From contig NMRA01000496.1 in the NCBI GenBank assembly GCA_002633005.1, positions 191,049 through 255,048 of the forward strand: 64,000 bases of DNA, read 5' to 3'. The stretch is from Phoronis australis (taxonomy: Eukaryota; Animalia; Phoronida). A program made the translations under genes and the position numbers. A model generated the notes under the pieces. The model searched no databases, was not told the origin of the DNA, and saw only the letters and a program-made list of their open reading frames with translations. Shown one piece after another: positions 1 through 13,900 of this stretch. The first letter of the stretch is position 1; every line of letters starts with the position of its first letter.

Positions 1-610
1 GCTTTTCAGTCGGCTTTGCGCTTTTACTTAACTTGGTTTCTATGACAGGTATGGAACTTTTGTATTTAGTTCCGGAAGATAAAGGAGTTATTTTACGAGT
101 CAACCTGGTTAGCTATGAATTTACGCTTAAAAGTATACTCCCAGTCAATTTAAACGTGGAGGCGTTAATGTGTAAGCGTTTCTGGATTAAATTTCAAAGA
201 AATCGCGTTATTATTCAAAGAAGATTTGCATTCATATTTTACTCGCTTGTAGGGCTGTCAATATCAAAGCTCGAGACAGTCTCCAACTACTGTGCCATTT
301 TAAATCTTGTCAAAAACCAATATTGAACGTAGTCCACCTATTGTGATAAAGCGACGATTAGGAATGATCCCAGTAGGCTAAGTGTTGGCATGCACCAGGC
401 CGTTATTTCTTGAGACCAGGCCCAGAGACAATTTAGGCAGCTCTTAAAGGGCATTATCGGTTTTACGGCTGATTGTTGTTAGACTACTAAGACTTTTTGA
501 AATTATCAGCTTTGAGCTGTGAGACAAAAGAATGTATTGTTTTGAGCTGTGAGACAAAAGAATATGTTGTTTTGTGTTTTTCTTACAAATGGCTAATTCT
601 CACCGTTGCC

Positions 611-777
611 CATGGGCGGATCCATGCTTTTGAGTTAGAGGGAGCGGGTGTGGCAGGGCAGAGTATTAGGCACGATTTTGCCCGTCAGACATTCCCACCC
701 CCGAACTGTCAATGGAATCTGGGAGAATATTAGGGGGGGCAATGTCCCCTTGGACCTCCACCTTAAATCAACCACTG
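611..777. mobile_element. GGCGGAT-type MITE
   Basis: catgggcggatcc...aaatcaaccactg; TSD ttgcc/ttgtc; similar to 877-1024. Confidence 0.7.
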
Positions 778-876
778 TTGTCAGCTAGACATTCGCTTTA
801 ATCGAGACGGTTTAAACTGAACTCGAAGTATGGAGAGTTGTACATGTGCGCAGTGAGATATTCGCCCAACCGTCTC

Positions 877-1024
877 CAGGGGCGGATCCCGGACTTTAAG
901 TTAAGTGGGGCCAGGGCATTGTGTTAGCCAGGTTTTGTCCGTCAGATATTCGCATCCCCGAACTGCCAAATGGAACCTGGAAGAATTTTAGGGGGGAGCA
1001 TGGCCCCCCTTAAATCCGCCACTG
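877..1024. mobile_element. GGCGGAT-type MITE
   Basis: caggggcggatcc...aaatccgccactg; TSD GTCTC. Confidence 0.8.
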
Positions 1025-3833
1025 GTCTCAAGGTTCACTTCGTAACAGACGTGTCTAATTAGCAGCCTAGCTCATTTTCTTTAGAGGAGTTCCACCCTCC
1101 GTCGCCGGTGGCCCTTGTGTTAATGTTATGTAATTCTTAAGGCTGTGGCTGTTCAAAACGAATATGTGGCAGTTAAGCAACGACATTAACAGTTTAGGGG
1201 CACATTCCAAGAAAATTGGCTTAGTTTAGACAAATCTTAAATTTCAGAAATTTGTCTCAAGTCAGTTTCAAAAAGAATGAAGTTTTGTTTTAATTTTGAC
1301 TAACTGGCCGGTTGTGGAAGTTTAAAAGTTTGGAAGTTGAGACAAATATTAGACTTAGGTCAAAAATGAACATAAGCCAGTTTCTTCAAACGGACTCCAG
1401 GTCCTAGACACCATGTTGAAAGGTTCAAGGATTATTTAAATTCAGTAAACTTACATGTGCACTTTCTATGTGACAATCATCGACAATGTGGAACAGTTTC
1501 TAAAACTATTTCCCTAAAACCCTAACATAATATGCTAAAAAGCATCAAGCACCTTAATAGAACAATTTGTCATAGTCGCGTCACTAGCGGACTGGCAATC
1601 TGGGATTGATAAGCGTATCAATCGTGGACCATCGCAAAATAAGTTTTTGGTGTTATCCATATAGTGTACATAATAACTTTTTTAAATTTCTTATCTTGCA
1701 CCGTGTACCTAATACTATATTAATTATTGTAATTACGTCTATTATCAAATAAATTATAATTATAACTGACTTGGGACTGTGCGATTCACAGGACGCGTCA
1801 AAATGCAACCCATTTTACGTTCACCAAACGCATTTTTAGAAAAGAAACAGATCAAAGTGCACATTACTTACTTATAATAGCGTAGCACAAGTAATGCACC
1901 ACACCCCCGCATTTACGCCTATGCTTCCAACACCACCCTCCGTACGTCGCGGCCATAAGTAAACACAGCGTAGACGGAATATATGTAAATTTTTAGTGCT
2001 CAGCGGGCAAAGAAACGTAACAAGCACAAACTAGCGGTCAACAGTTACCAGTCGATAAAAATACTTTGGTGACCGTTTTTCTGACGAGGTGAAACTAGGA
2101 CTTGTTCACACAGTGGCACGTCGAACGCTAAGGATATCTCGACAAACCTTATTCACAAAAATGGTCGTTTTTACAATGCTTCACGTGTCTAGCAAAATAC
2201 TTAATCTTCATTTTCGGAGAACTTCAAATTCGAAATATATTCCGTGTATCGAGAAAAAAAGTTTAGCAGAACCACCTTGGAACCGCACAGCCGCTTGGGA
2301 ATTTGTTTACTACTTATCCGAGGTCAAAGGTTACAGGGCTGTCATTCAAATCGCATCTCCCGCCAGGTACAGAGCAACTTCGTATCTACCCTCGGTCCTT
2401 TCATTCACCGAGTCGCTATTGAGTCAACGATGTGTACATATGATAGAACATGCCGGGGAAAACAAAGACAAAACGTAGTTTTTATCTTGAGTGAGTTGTG
2501 ATTCTGCATGCATACGACCGTTGAGATTAATGAATGACTCTGTGGTCACGAACAAAGCAAGTTGTGAAAAGAGATAAATCCTCACCCAAATTCCTTAGTT
2601 CGATAGGTAATTTGACATTTCGCTGTTTCAATCTCATATGCTAACGACGTGCTTTAACTGCCGACTCCAGTTCTGTTATCCATTTCTTACTTGGTTCCGT
2701 AACAGTCTCCTGGCGTGAGGTGTATATAACAATAAACTATTGACATAATTTTAAGTAGGTCAACAAATGCTCCCACCTCTCGGCTGGGGACGGTAGAAAG
2801 AGTTAAGGTTTTAGCAATAATTAAGTTAACTACGCATTGCAAACTCAGTTGATATTGCTTGTGAGTTTTGAAATAACTAACCTGATTAAGGAATGTATAG
2901 GTTATCTTGACCGAAAGCAAGTTTTCACCGAGTAATTAACCGAAGACCTTGAGATTTTCACTCGTCCCAGTTTAATTAGCTTTTTCTCGGCTTTAATGGG
3001 CAAATCGACTTAGTTTGAATTTAGGAACACGACTTCCCGAAAACGACTGGGTGGATTTCGTTGAATCTTTCCAAACTTAAAGGAAAATGCCACCCAAAAA
3101 CAACCTATTTTGTATCAATTAAGATCGAGTAGTTCCATTCGATAACAGCAAATACACTTCTTTTACCTGACACCTGACGGCAGACGGAGGTGTTCGAATT
3201 AAACAATGACTTCAGAGGTTCGAACGCAGTCCGTTCAGCAGTTCACAACACGTTTACTGGCGTCCGCTTACCGCTTGAATTCATCGTTTTACACCAATAA
3301 ATCGTCAGAATTTGATGTAAAATCTTTACAAATACATCAAGTTGTTGAAAAAACATGTTGTTAAATTTCGTACTTGAATGTACCGTAGCCTAGAAAGTTC
3401 GGTAGGTCAATTTACCAAGGTCGGTCGCGGAAGTTTGGGGTCTGTTCGGTGATAAATTGGCATTATTGGTCCATGAAATACAGACAGGAGAACATAGTTT
3501 TGTGTTGTAATCTTAGACTTTCAACTTTTTAGTTCTATACAGACAAAACGCTTGTTATCCCGGCCAGTGGCTCGGAAGCCGATCAGGTCCATCGCGGCCG
3601 GACTGAAGAAAACGCGAACATCAACCAGTCAAAGTTGTAAACTAAACTTCCAGTCACGAAAAGACTATACTAGTGAGCCAAAGAAATAATGTTCACGGGA
3701 TTATTTTGGTGGATTAGCCGTGAAACTGCAATTCTACTTACTAGATCGTCGGGGGCCGCGAAGTCAGGTTAACATTCCACAGAACCGTCTGCGCAAAAGT
3801 TGTACAGTAACAATGATTCCGGAGCAAGTTTTC

Positions 3834-4617
3834 TGTTATACAGAATTTGCTAAATGAACGACACTTTTCATTGTTCACGGTCTTTATTCCGTTGCGTTCA
3901 TACTTTCTGAACAAAACTCTACTCTCAACTGAACATAGATACAGTAACTTACCTAGCGACATATTTAAAAGACACACGATATTTCGAAACATACTTGTTT
4001 CATTCTCAAGTGAAGATAAAATGACGCAGTAATGCCACCACAGATTATAAGCTGACGACACACACAGTGAGACACGGCGGGTGTGAAATACTGCAAAGAA
4101 TGACTAATGAATTGGGGTAATAATGAATGGCGCCATTCAAGATCATTTTCTGCAATACCACACACGTAAAATCACCCGTCAACAAATTGTGGAAAACACG
4201 TCAATTCGCTACGTGGAGCAAGATGTGCTGCGTTTGAAAGTATTAGAGTCCCTTTTAATTGCTTTTGAGAAGTCTGTTTTGAATGAGCAGCAAACAGGGT
4301 CGCGCCGCATGTTACACTTGTTTGCGTGACTTTCCTGTTACCCCAATTCATTAGTCATTCTTTGCAGTATTTCACACCCGCCGTGTCTCACTGTGTGTGT
4401 CGTCATTTTATACTCTGTGGTGGCATTACTGCGTCATTTTATCTTGAATGAAACAAGTATGTTTCGAAATATTGTGTGTCTTTTAATTATGTCGCTAGGT
4501 CAGTTACTGTATCTATGTTCAGTTGAGAGTAGAGTTTTGTTCAGAAAGTATGAACGCAACGGAATAAAGACCGTGAACAATGAAAAGTGTCGTGCATTTA
4601 ACAAATTCTGTATAACA
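3834..4617. repeat. Long inverted repeat (arms about 285 bp, spacer about 215 bp), foldback/MITE-like
   Basis: 3834-4120 is close to the reverse complement of 4338-4617; mirrored ORF peptides NETSMFRNIVCLL... appear on both strands. Confidence 0.9.
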
Positions 4618-4976
4618 ATGATTCGAATAATGTACATGAATATCTAAATAAAGATTCCCCTAACGTCTGACCACAGGATATAAAAGAGTTATTGCTTCAC
4701 AACAGCTTTCTGTCAGCAAACACTTAATTGACATGCGCTCACACGGCCTCGGTGCCCGGTCAATTTGTTTCTTGCATCTAACGACGGTAACGCAGTGATT
4801 CATTCTCAAAACATTTGAATTCACGTATACTCCAAAGGCATTGCAAATTCCGTTTAATGCGACAGACTTTGTTTTAGTTTTCTATAAGCATTGGTTAGGG
4901 TGAGAATAATTCAGTTTGAAAAAGAACTTACAATAATTAACGTCAATGTTACCACTCGCAATCCCGACTTAGACGA

Positions 4977-5378
4977 GTGCTCTTGCGAAAATCGTCAGGT
5001 TTCACAGGCTATCAGTTCGAACCGGAATACACTGATCCAAAAACACTAGAGAGGCACCGTAAACGTGCACAGACAACGGAACATTTGGATAATTTCCAAA
5101 ATCGTTTGAAGGACTTGTCATGGTATCAGTGCGCTAACTGCACGATAATGGAAAGGACTGACGCCTGCATTTGCTGCCACGAAATTTCGCATGTGACACG
5201 TCTTCTTGGAGAAGTGCAGATGTGTCTCACGGACCATCCTGATTTTGCATCGCATCAGAACAGAGGTCTGCTTACGACGTTCTTTAGGGATGGGAAAAAG
5301 AACTGGCGAAAACATCCTACACCCAGAGGACGAATCAGAGATATGACCATCGAGTCAGTCATCAAACCGGTTATATAA
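4977..5378 (+). pseudogene. KolX / P2X7 ballast-like Cys-rich ORF remnant inside the Kolobok element
   Basis: YQFEP...W(Y)QCANC..M.....CICCHEI...CLTDHPDF matches the P2X7 C-terminal/KolX pattern; Y occupies the usual C position. Confidence 0.7.
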
Positions 5379-6126
5379 AATGTTGTTTTCATGCCTTGAA
5401 TTAATTGTATTTGTTTAGATTTTCATGGCCAATTACTATTCTCCATAATCAAAAACTGATCAGCAACCGATCCCCGTTTCTTTGCCTCCTGCCTGTTGAA
5501 CGCAAACACACTAGGATGCGCAACATTTGACTTCAGCCTCAGTCTCTTTTTGCTGCCCCTACATGAGCTGTTTAGTAAACCATCATTCGATCGTCAGTCG
5601 ACGAAATGCCGCCCACAGACATGGAGAAGTGACGGAACCTCATACTTGGTAGTAATGGTGTAGTTTTCATTCTTCACTACCACGAGCCACTCCCGAAACA
5701 TTATGGGTTCTCGGAAACGATACACCTTACCATAGCGGCACTCACTCTGCAGAAGAACCACTGCATCGTTTCTTACCTTCCTCACAGGTTAACGCGACAC
5801 CTCTCGGCGAGGTAAGATCGACCTATAAGAGGTGATACGGATATAGACCGATTAAGATGGTAAAAAAGACTAATTAAATCGGGTGGCATTCTCCTTTAAT
5901 ATAGTTCATCTATCAAATTTTTAGTAATGTAACAAAAACTGATACGAGTGCCATTTTTGACAAAAATGCCTTACCTTTTGTGAGTTGATTTTTCATATAA
6001 ACCAAACAAAAAACAGCGTTTTTAAGGTAAGTTTTCATTTAAAAAAGGTTACATTAAAATCGACCGAGGGGATATTTTGCGGTGAACGTACCTTTCTTAA
6101 AATGAAATTTTGATTTAAAAAACGTG

Positions 6127-6244
<118 letters not shown>

Positions 6245-8955
6245 ATAATAATAAGGGTATAAAATATTGTTTTATTCCCTGATCTTTTTTTCAGAAAATG
6301 TATATTTTTACTAGTTGACAAAGCTTAGTTCTTTTATATACGAGTTAGAATGGAGGCCACTGAATAAGGTTTGAATTGCGAAGTACAGTTGTCTATGTTT
6401 TCAGGTTTAAATCATCAGGTGGCGAAGTACGTGACTAAATGCTTAGTACCTGAATTGAGGTCGTTTTGCACGCAGGTCGCTGAGCTGGTCACATCACCGC
6501 AGTTGTTAAAAGAATATTTCAATTGATCTTTGATTTAGATCTCTCTTCATCTAGAATAAAGTTAAAATTTCAAAGCTTAAGCTAATTTTGCAATGAGCTG
6601 CCACGGAAAGAAATTTCCTTTTAAATGCAAGAGACCTCATTTATACCTTTGAAGTAAATCTTGTTACACACTGAGTGGATTTACTTTTTTTTACAAAATA
6701 TTATTGTTGTCTTTACCTTTTTACATGAATTATTATTGTTGTTTTTACCTTGTTTCATGACGAATTATTATTCCCTCGCTAAATATAAGGTATGCATCAC
6801 GATCTTGTAGTCAACTTCAGAGGTTGACAGACAAAAGAATATTCCGTCGTGACCAAACAACGGTCGCTTATTGACTAAATTCCATGTGGTCTCCCAGCAG
6901 TTACACTTCCTACAGATTTTTGTCAGTTTATTTGCAGTCTGGATTAATATGGGTTCAGTTAATATTCCGGTTGACTACTTTAAAAATGTAGTGCATGGCA
7001 CATGGAATTCAGTTTTTATATCCCGTTTCGAATTCGGTAGGCCACACCTGTTTTCGTATCGCAGACCTCGCCTTTACTCACAAATAGGCACAGTCTAAAG
7101 CATCTGCAGTAGTGCAATGTAGCTAAAATTATGAAAAATGAATATTATTTTACCTCTTGACGTTAAACCAGGAATGTGCATTTTTAATGGCTCAAAATAA
7201 GAACGAGTGTTGGACTCTCATTCTGGAGTGTTCCGGATAGCATAGCTACGTTGGCCCGGGGTACCCGACAGCGACTTCATCTTGTGCTTAGGAAAGTATA
7301 ACCGAAATCTGCGACACGACTCGATACCCATTGTCCGGAGCAGACTTGATCAGTCTGATTCCAAGGCGTGGCCTATCCTAAGTGTAAATTTGTCCACACA
7401 AAAATTCCGTTCCCTAGCCAACTCCGGCACTAATAAATTCCCCTGGTCTTCGCCGTCCCCAGCCAAGACAACACTTGACTGGTTCTGATTTCGAGCGCTT
7501 AACGATTCATCAACCTCAGCTAACTTCATACTTGGGCACGGGAAATGTTTCGTGTCAGTCCCTAGACAACTGCACGCTCCCTGGGCACAAAAAGAATTCA
7601 CTTGATGTCCCCAACTAACTTCACGCTTACAGGCTTGGAAAACGTTTATTGACCCCCCAACCAACTCCACATTTTCTGCCTACTTTACCAAATGATACGT
7701 TCAGATCCACAATGCAACACTCTAACCCATTCCAGAAATGGCGGGGTTGTAACTCCGCTATTTTCTGACGTATTCAATCGCCACCACACCACTTTAGTGG
7801 GTTATATCGGTCCCACAACATAAAGGTCGTAACTGCGCTAATCACCCGTATCAGTGGCTCTCAACGTGATGTCTAACAACGGTGAAAAAAGATAATTCCA
7901 ACGTATCTGGCCAACAAAATCAGTAATTTGTTTAATTTTCCGTCGGATTACCGAAGCTTCGCCGAAACTTCGCTTACCGTTCCGACTAAACAGCGATGAC
8001 AAAGTTATCGTTTTATGACGGAGACAACACCAGACGGCGCATTTCATTCCTCAAACGAATATCGAGTGGTGGGTTCGAGGCTAACAATTGACCTATCGCC
8101 AGGATTTGGAGTGACGTCTTAACTGACCATTTAGAACGCTGCATTGTTGACACACCTTCGTTTCCAAGCCGCCTTTTACCCGACAAACAACACGTTGTCG
8201 GGTAAAACTTATTGTTTGATAGTCGACATTACGCAAGGGGGTGGAGCTTGCGATAGGTCAATTGTTCCCCCGCCATGTGCAGGTGTTTATGAACGGTCAG
8301 TGTCATTCTTCATAAGATGTGTATTCTTTTGTTTGTTTGCGAATTAAAATGTACTGACAATAACAAAGAACACGTTTTGTGGGATATCTATCGCATTGAA
8401 TCTCGCGTGATCCTATATCGCTGCCGTAGCGTCTACTGATAACTTTGACGAAGTTTCGCTCTGCCTTTCTTATACACCGAAGATTCGATGAGCACCAAAG
8501 CTTTGCTTTCAAATCCTACTATTTTCAGCGAAGTTTCGCTTGAAGATTATAACTACCACAATTAACCTTTCCGACTTACTGAAATTTCGTTAAAAGCAAA
8601 GTTTCGCCTCCAGTGGGAAAGCACCGCTGAATGCATGCTGATGACATCCTGTGTAAAGTGCACTCGTTGATAAGATGGAGAAGGGGTCTGAACATAGGAG
8701 CGATTTTGCCGAAACAACATCTGAAATAATCGATGAATAATTTGGTGGTCGCATCTGCGTAGGCATAGACGATCATCGTTTTGAATGTGGTTGAAACTTT
8801 TCATCTGTACCTCAGACCAAGTGTTCGACGCGAATTATGACTGAAGCGGAAAAGACATCTTTCATAAAGATACTGCTTGACCTTCAATATTTTGAAAGAA
8901 TGCTGTCTTGCCCCAAATGTAAAATTGCATGCATTCGTATCCCACTAATTTATGG

Positions 8956-9450
8956 AGGAGGCAGTGTGGTCTAGTGGCATACTGAATGTCTGCGTCCTTT
9001 ACTCAGGGTCGTGGGTTCGAGTCCCAGTGGGACACACTGCTAGACTTTTGAATAAGGTCTCTAGCTTCTCAGCTCGATCTTAACTGTATATTAATAATTT
9101 TAACTGTATATTAATAAAGCATTATAAAATTGTTCCAGGTGATCAGTGCAGTGGGTTCACCTCAGCGGCCTCCGCACGCCCTGTACAAAGTGTATAAAAA
9201 ATAATTGCAGGCGGTCTGATACACGTTGTACCAGACGTGCGCAGGCCTCGCATGTGGGCCCATTGCACTGATCACCTAGAAATATTTTTATGTTTTATTA
9301 ATATATGGTTAAAACCGAGCTGAGGAGCTAGAAACCTGGCTCAAGGGTTTACCAGTGTCACCTGGTGGGACTCGAACCCACGACCTCGAGTAAAGAAAGC
9401 GGGCACTTATCAACCAGGTCACACTGCAAAGTGTACCAGACCACCCACTT
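8956..9450 (+). mobile_element. tRNA-derived SINE, interrupted by a second copy
   Basis: A box tggtctagtgg and B box ggttcgagtcc; the body is shared with copies at 9195-9426 and about 38898-39105. Confidence 0.8.
9195..9426 (-). mobile_element. tRNA-derived SINE nested antisense in the previous SINE
   Basis: Reverse B box ggactcgaacc; caaagtgta duplicated at 9186-9194 and 9427-9435. Confidence 0.8.
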
Positions 9451-9805
9451 TTTAAAAGTGTTATTTCCATTCACAGGCCTTCATGTGATGCTGAGATTAC
9501 TCTAGAATGCGATTCGCGCATGATTGAAATATTCCATTCATCGAAGAGTCTCTCTTTCTCCCCCTCCCCCTCTACCTTTCCCTTTCTCTCCCTTCCCTCT
9601 CTCCCTCCCTCGGCCCCAGGGAAACGTGATGACCGTAGCTAACTGGGAGATGTGTTGGCGAACAAAGGCAGAGATCGGCATTAATGAAAAGTTAGCCTAC
9701 ATACCTACTGTTCTGTAAATTAGTTTAGAACTAAATAAATTCATGTCGTTCGAATAGCGTAGAAACAGGCACAATATGACGTAATGAAATGTTTCACATT
9801 TTCAG

Positions 9806-10911
9806 GAAAAACGAAGAGTCTCAAGACAGGCGCACGCGGTAACTTAGTTACATGGACCAATAATTCTATGAAACTGAAAACAAACAGTAGAGGTTACGAA
9901 AATGGGAAGTTTGCTCCCTATGTAACAGGTGGCAGTTGGCGTTTTCACGAAACAGAGGGTGCAACGGGGCCCAGCAAGTTTGAAACCAAAAGAAAAGAAA
10001 CCTCTCATAAAAAGGAGGATATAGATGAAGAACCATTCCTGAGAATTGATAATTTAGCGAACGAGTACAACTCTAGCACTAACTCCAACTTGTCAATGAG
10101 CTCGAACAGAAGAAATCGCCTTCCAGATAAAAGTGACGATACATTGAACAGTGGTGGGGAAAATGGTTTCGCGCACATTAAAAATAACTCGAATCATTCT
10201 GTGAAATATAGTAGGCCCTCTATTCTTAGCAGTGTAGTTCAGCTTTCAATAGGATGCACTGGAACTTTGGTAACAAGCCGTCACGTACTAACGGCTGCGC
10301 ACTGCATACATGACGGTTTGAAATTTCGAAAGGCCGCGAAAAAGTTGAAAATATATGCAGCTAACGACTTGAAATGGTTTCCGTTTTCCGTTAAGAAAAT
10401 GCAGGTGCCTAAAATGTGGATTACGCTTTCCCGTAACCTTAAGCTTATTGAGAGAACTGCATTTGATTACGCTATTGTGACGTTGAAGCTACCAGTTCCC
10501 CAGTACCGTCGGGTTCACTTTGATACACCGCGGCTGAAAAGAAACAAAATGGGTGGTAGTTCAACTAAAAGACCGATAGTTCGTTTCTTCAGCTTTCGGA
10601 CAATCTCTCTCTTAAAACCGAGAAAGATTCTCAAGCAAACTCGTTGCAGGGTTCAGGCTGTTAGCAAAAATCTTATAATAAGCAACTGTGGTGCAATCAA
10701 GGGTGACTCCGGGTCAGCCATGTTGATCAACCATGATGACTATCGGCTTAGAATTTCCGGTGTCTTGTCTAGCATACTGTCAATCCCTGGCGGACTGATT
10801 ACGGTTGCGGCGAGAATCACAGAGTACAAACTTAACGATATTTGTCTAATGTTGTCGCGTGGTCGCGTTTTGCACCCAGATTGCTGGAAATTAATAAGTA
10901 GAGTTTATTAA
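9806..10911 (+). CDS. Trypsin-fold (S1) serine protease, PRSS23/PRSS35-like; probably the terminal coding exon
   Basis: ORF 9784-10911 has CTGTLV..RHVLTAAHC (His), DYA (Asp) and GDSGS (Ser), i.e. an intact triad, and no IVGG activation motif. The acceptor ttttcag ends at 9805 and the ORF has no signal peptide, so an upstream exon is likely but was not located. Confidence 0.85.
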
Positions 10912-13900
10912 ATGTGTATATTTAGATTATTTACATACAACACGATTTAATAATAAGTACCTACCAGGGTTCCGTTTTCCGAGCATTCATGTTTAAACAA
11001 ACTTGTTGAATGACACTGATTGTGAGCAATGAGTAAAACCTACATCTAAAGCGCTGTTGACAGGAAAGTAGTTCAATGACACGCAGCGAGTTTGCGCGGG
11101 ACGCAACTATATGTGTTAACATAATTTGGCACGGAACGAGTTGTTATCATGTAAATTTTGTTGCCAGCTTTTAAGGTAGAGAATTTTTCCCGATCATCCC
11201 GTACCAAGTCAACATCTAAACGCTAAAATTGGGCACGGCAGATAGTATCGTGTTATCTGTGCTTTCGCAATAGCGTACATACACACGGTTGACCCTTTTC
11301 AATCCAATTCAAATCTACGCCAGAATTCCTTTGCCTTTTACCTTTAGTTCAACTGTTTCCAATTTACGCATCAAAATAATTTTTTTTCTACTTCTAATAT
11401 GCAAAATTATAGCCAAGACGGAAACCCAAGAACCATTGTCCCACTGAGGAGCTGGGTTCAGTAACTGAAGTGCCGACGTCATCTGAAGCTGACCCCACCC
11501 ATTTCATAGCGCAAAAACGGGTTAATAGTCTAGGAGAAAACTTGACAATCGTGCAATAGTCCATTTTAGTAGAACAAACTGTTCAAAAATATTTTTTCCT
11601 GTGATAAGTTGGGAGATCACCCGCGACTGATTAGAAGCCGTTTTGTAAAAGTTGTCAATCGTGTAGAAATTGAGACTTTTTGACATCCCTTTCATTCGAC
11701 AATGCTGTGAGGGATATGCCTGAACATAAAACTTGTATTCTAGCCCGATATGAGGAAGACATTACAAGGACCCTTCAGAGAATGACTGCTGACGTGCCCA
11801 ATTTGTGCTATCATCAAATGTTGGCGCAATAAAGTACAGATGCAACAAGGTCTAGGTACGACTAACCACAAAATGGCGTGTATGTTTTGTCTTTAATAAA
11901 GTACAATGTCATTTGTTGAGCGCTTTTTGTACTATCAAAGTTACACAGCAAGCAGGAAACATTTGCTTGCGCTACTTACATCAATCAGAAACCAGTGTTA
12001 CCCACGTGTACTGGCTTTGCTCGACTATTTGTCAAGCAAATTCTAAATTAGGAATGATCTACACTCACGCTTGTCACAAAGCATGCCTGAATTGTAAAAT
12101 GAGGATCGTTCGTCTATTCTATTCACGTGTCCCTCACAATGACAATCCATGAAGAAATTTTTCATTGAAAAAGTCAGTTCCAAAAACGACTCCGTTGTCT
12201 GTTTCCACTTGGCTTAGGCCATTTATCGTTATAACATTGCTCTGGTCTTGTTCCTCACTCAGGAAATGACCTCTTGGCCCGTCGTTGCTTCAGGCCGTGT
12301 CCTGAAATTGTATGAGTTTGGTCTGAAGAAATGGCAAATTGCCAGTTCCTTCCAAGCCAAGAAATCAACTCTATTTCGACATAGGAACAGCTTAAGACCA
12401 ATTTCATAATGGCACGTGACCTTGATCAAAACAGAAATCGCGGCTTTAACATCTCTTTGATTGTTCGCAACCCATCCCAGGAGAGGGTTGTTAAAACATA
12501 ATAACCTTTTTAAATGATAGAGACAGCCATACGAATAACACAATTTATAACATAGTTTTATACAAACATATGTGTTAACATGGCCAGATTGCTACGTAAC
12601 AAGAATATACTGATGTTTGTCACGAAAAATCCCATTACGACTGATGGTGACACGAAAACATCTACTCCCACTCATTTAATATCAGAGTTCGGTGTTCTGA
12701 AGTTCTCATGGTGGTGTACTACATGTATACTTTCTGCTCAACTTTGAATGGTATGACAGCAAACTGACGGCTGCTATACTAATTTTTTTCGATGGTCTCT
12801 TTCTTGGAGGAACAACTGAGAGGAAAATTACGCTGTAGAAATAGTGAACGACATGACATAAAAAGTTTAAAAATTTTAATTTCTGTGACACCCGCCCCTT
12901 TTTAACAGGACAATAAACCAAACCAGTCGAAGAGAAGTGCGGCAAGGTCGTCCCCTCAGTTTTACAACCAGAGAACGATTCCACTGTAAATTCTATTTCC
13001 GCCACGCCGTGGTCTTGAAAGAGAAAATTACTACACTCTTCTTCTTTTAAAATGTACAAAATTTCAAAACTAAACGCCAGATTTAAACGAGCTTGCGTCC
13101 ACAAGTTAATTACAGAGACACCGGGCCCCGTTTTACAGAGCGTATTTTTAGTCAGCTGGCTCATTCAAGCCCTCCTCCTCCCCTGGATGAGCGCGTGTCT
13201 TAGGAATAATTCCTTAACATATTAACCTATATATTGTCATTCAGTCTCCCCATTATGTCAGAATCTTACTTGGATGTCAACCATCATATTACGTGTGTAA
13301 GTTACTCCTGCTTCATTTATCAAAAGGACACGAGAGGGAGTATGCATAGGAATGATTTGACACCAAGTAAAGCAGCTGTTGGTTGTTAGATGGCAACCAA
13401 CGAACCCAGTCACTCTCTCTGATTGCTCATTCAACAACGGAGCTGGACTACGTCAACAATCCGGGTGGAAGTGACGTGTGTCACGCGCAACAGCTGCCTC
13501 ATCTGGTGGTGAAATGGTAAAACCAAGCCAGTCACTCAGTTAGCTGGGATATTATCAACAGGCCGTGAGATTGGTGTAAGTTTCGAATGTTATTGTCAGC
13601 CACCTATTTAGCTGTATCTGTTACTTCTGCTCCATTTATCAATGGACTACGACTGACAGGCATGGGCGCCGCACTTTTTCCAGAGCTGCGCCGCCCATGA
13701 AATGGAGCTGAGTATGGATATCAACCAACTACTCAAATGTACAATTACTTGTGCTCCATTCATCAAAGGGCCACGAAAAGGTGCAGCTACATGTATCTTA
13801 CATCGATGTACCAGATATACAGTGAGTTGATTGGCAAATTTCCAACTAAGTACCAACAATGCGTACGGCAATGCAACAAAATATACTCATCTACACACAA

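Larger units (their letters stand above)
3081..5895 (+). mobile_element. Kolobok-type non-autonomous DNA transposon
   Basis: TTAA duplicated at 3077-3080 and 5896-5899. TIRs are aggaaaatgccaccc / gggtggcattctcct (RR..YY termini). The empty site is visible in the paralogous host repeat at about 37516. Confidence 0.85.

Noticed and set aside
8956-9040. tRNA gene
   Set aside because: A and B boxes are present, but the stems are degenerate and the sequence continues into a body shared by three copies, so it is a SINE head.
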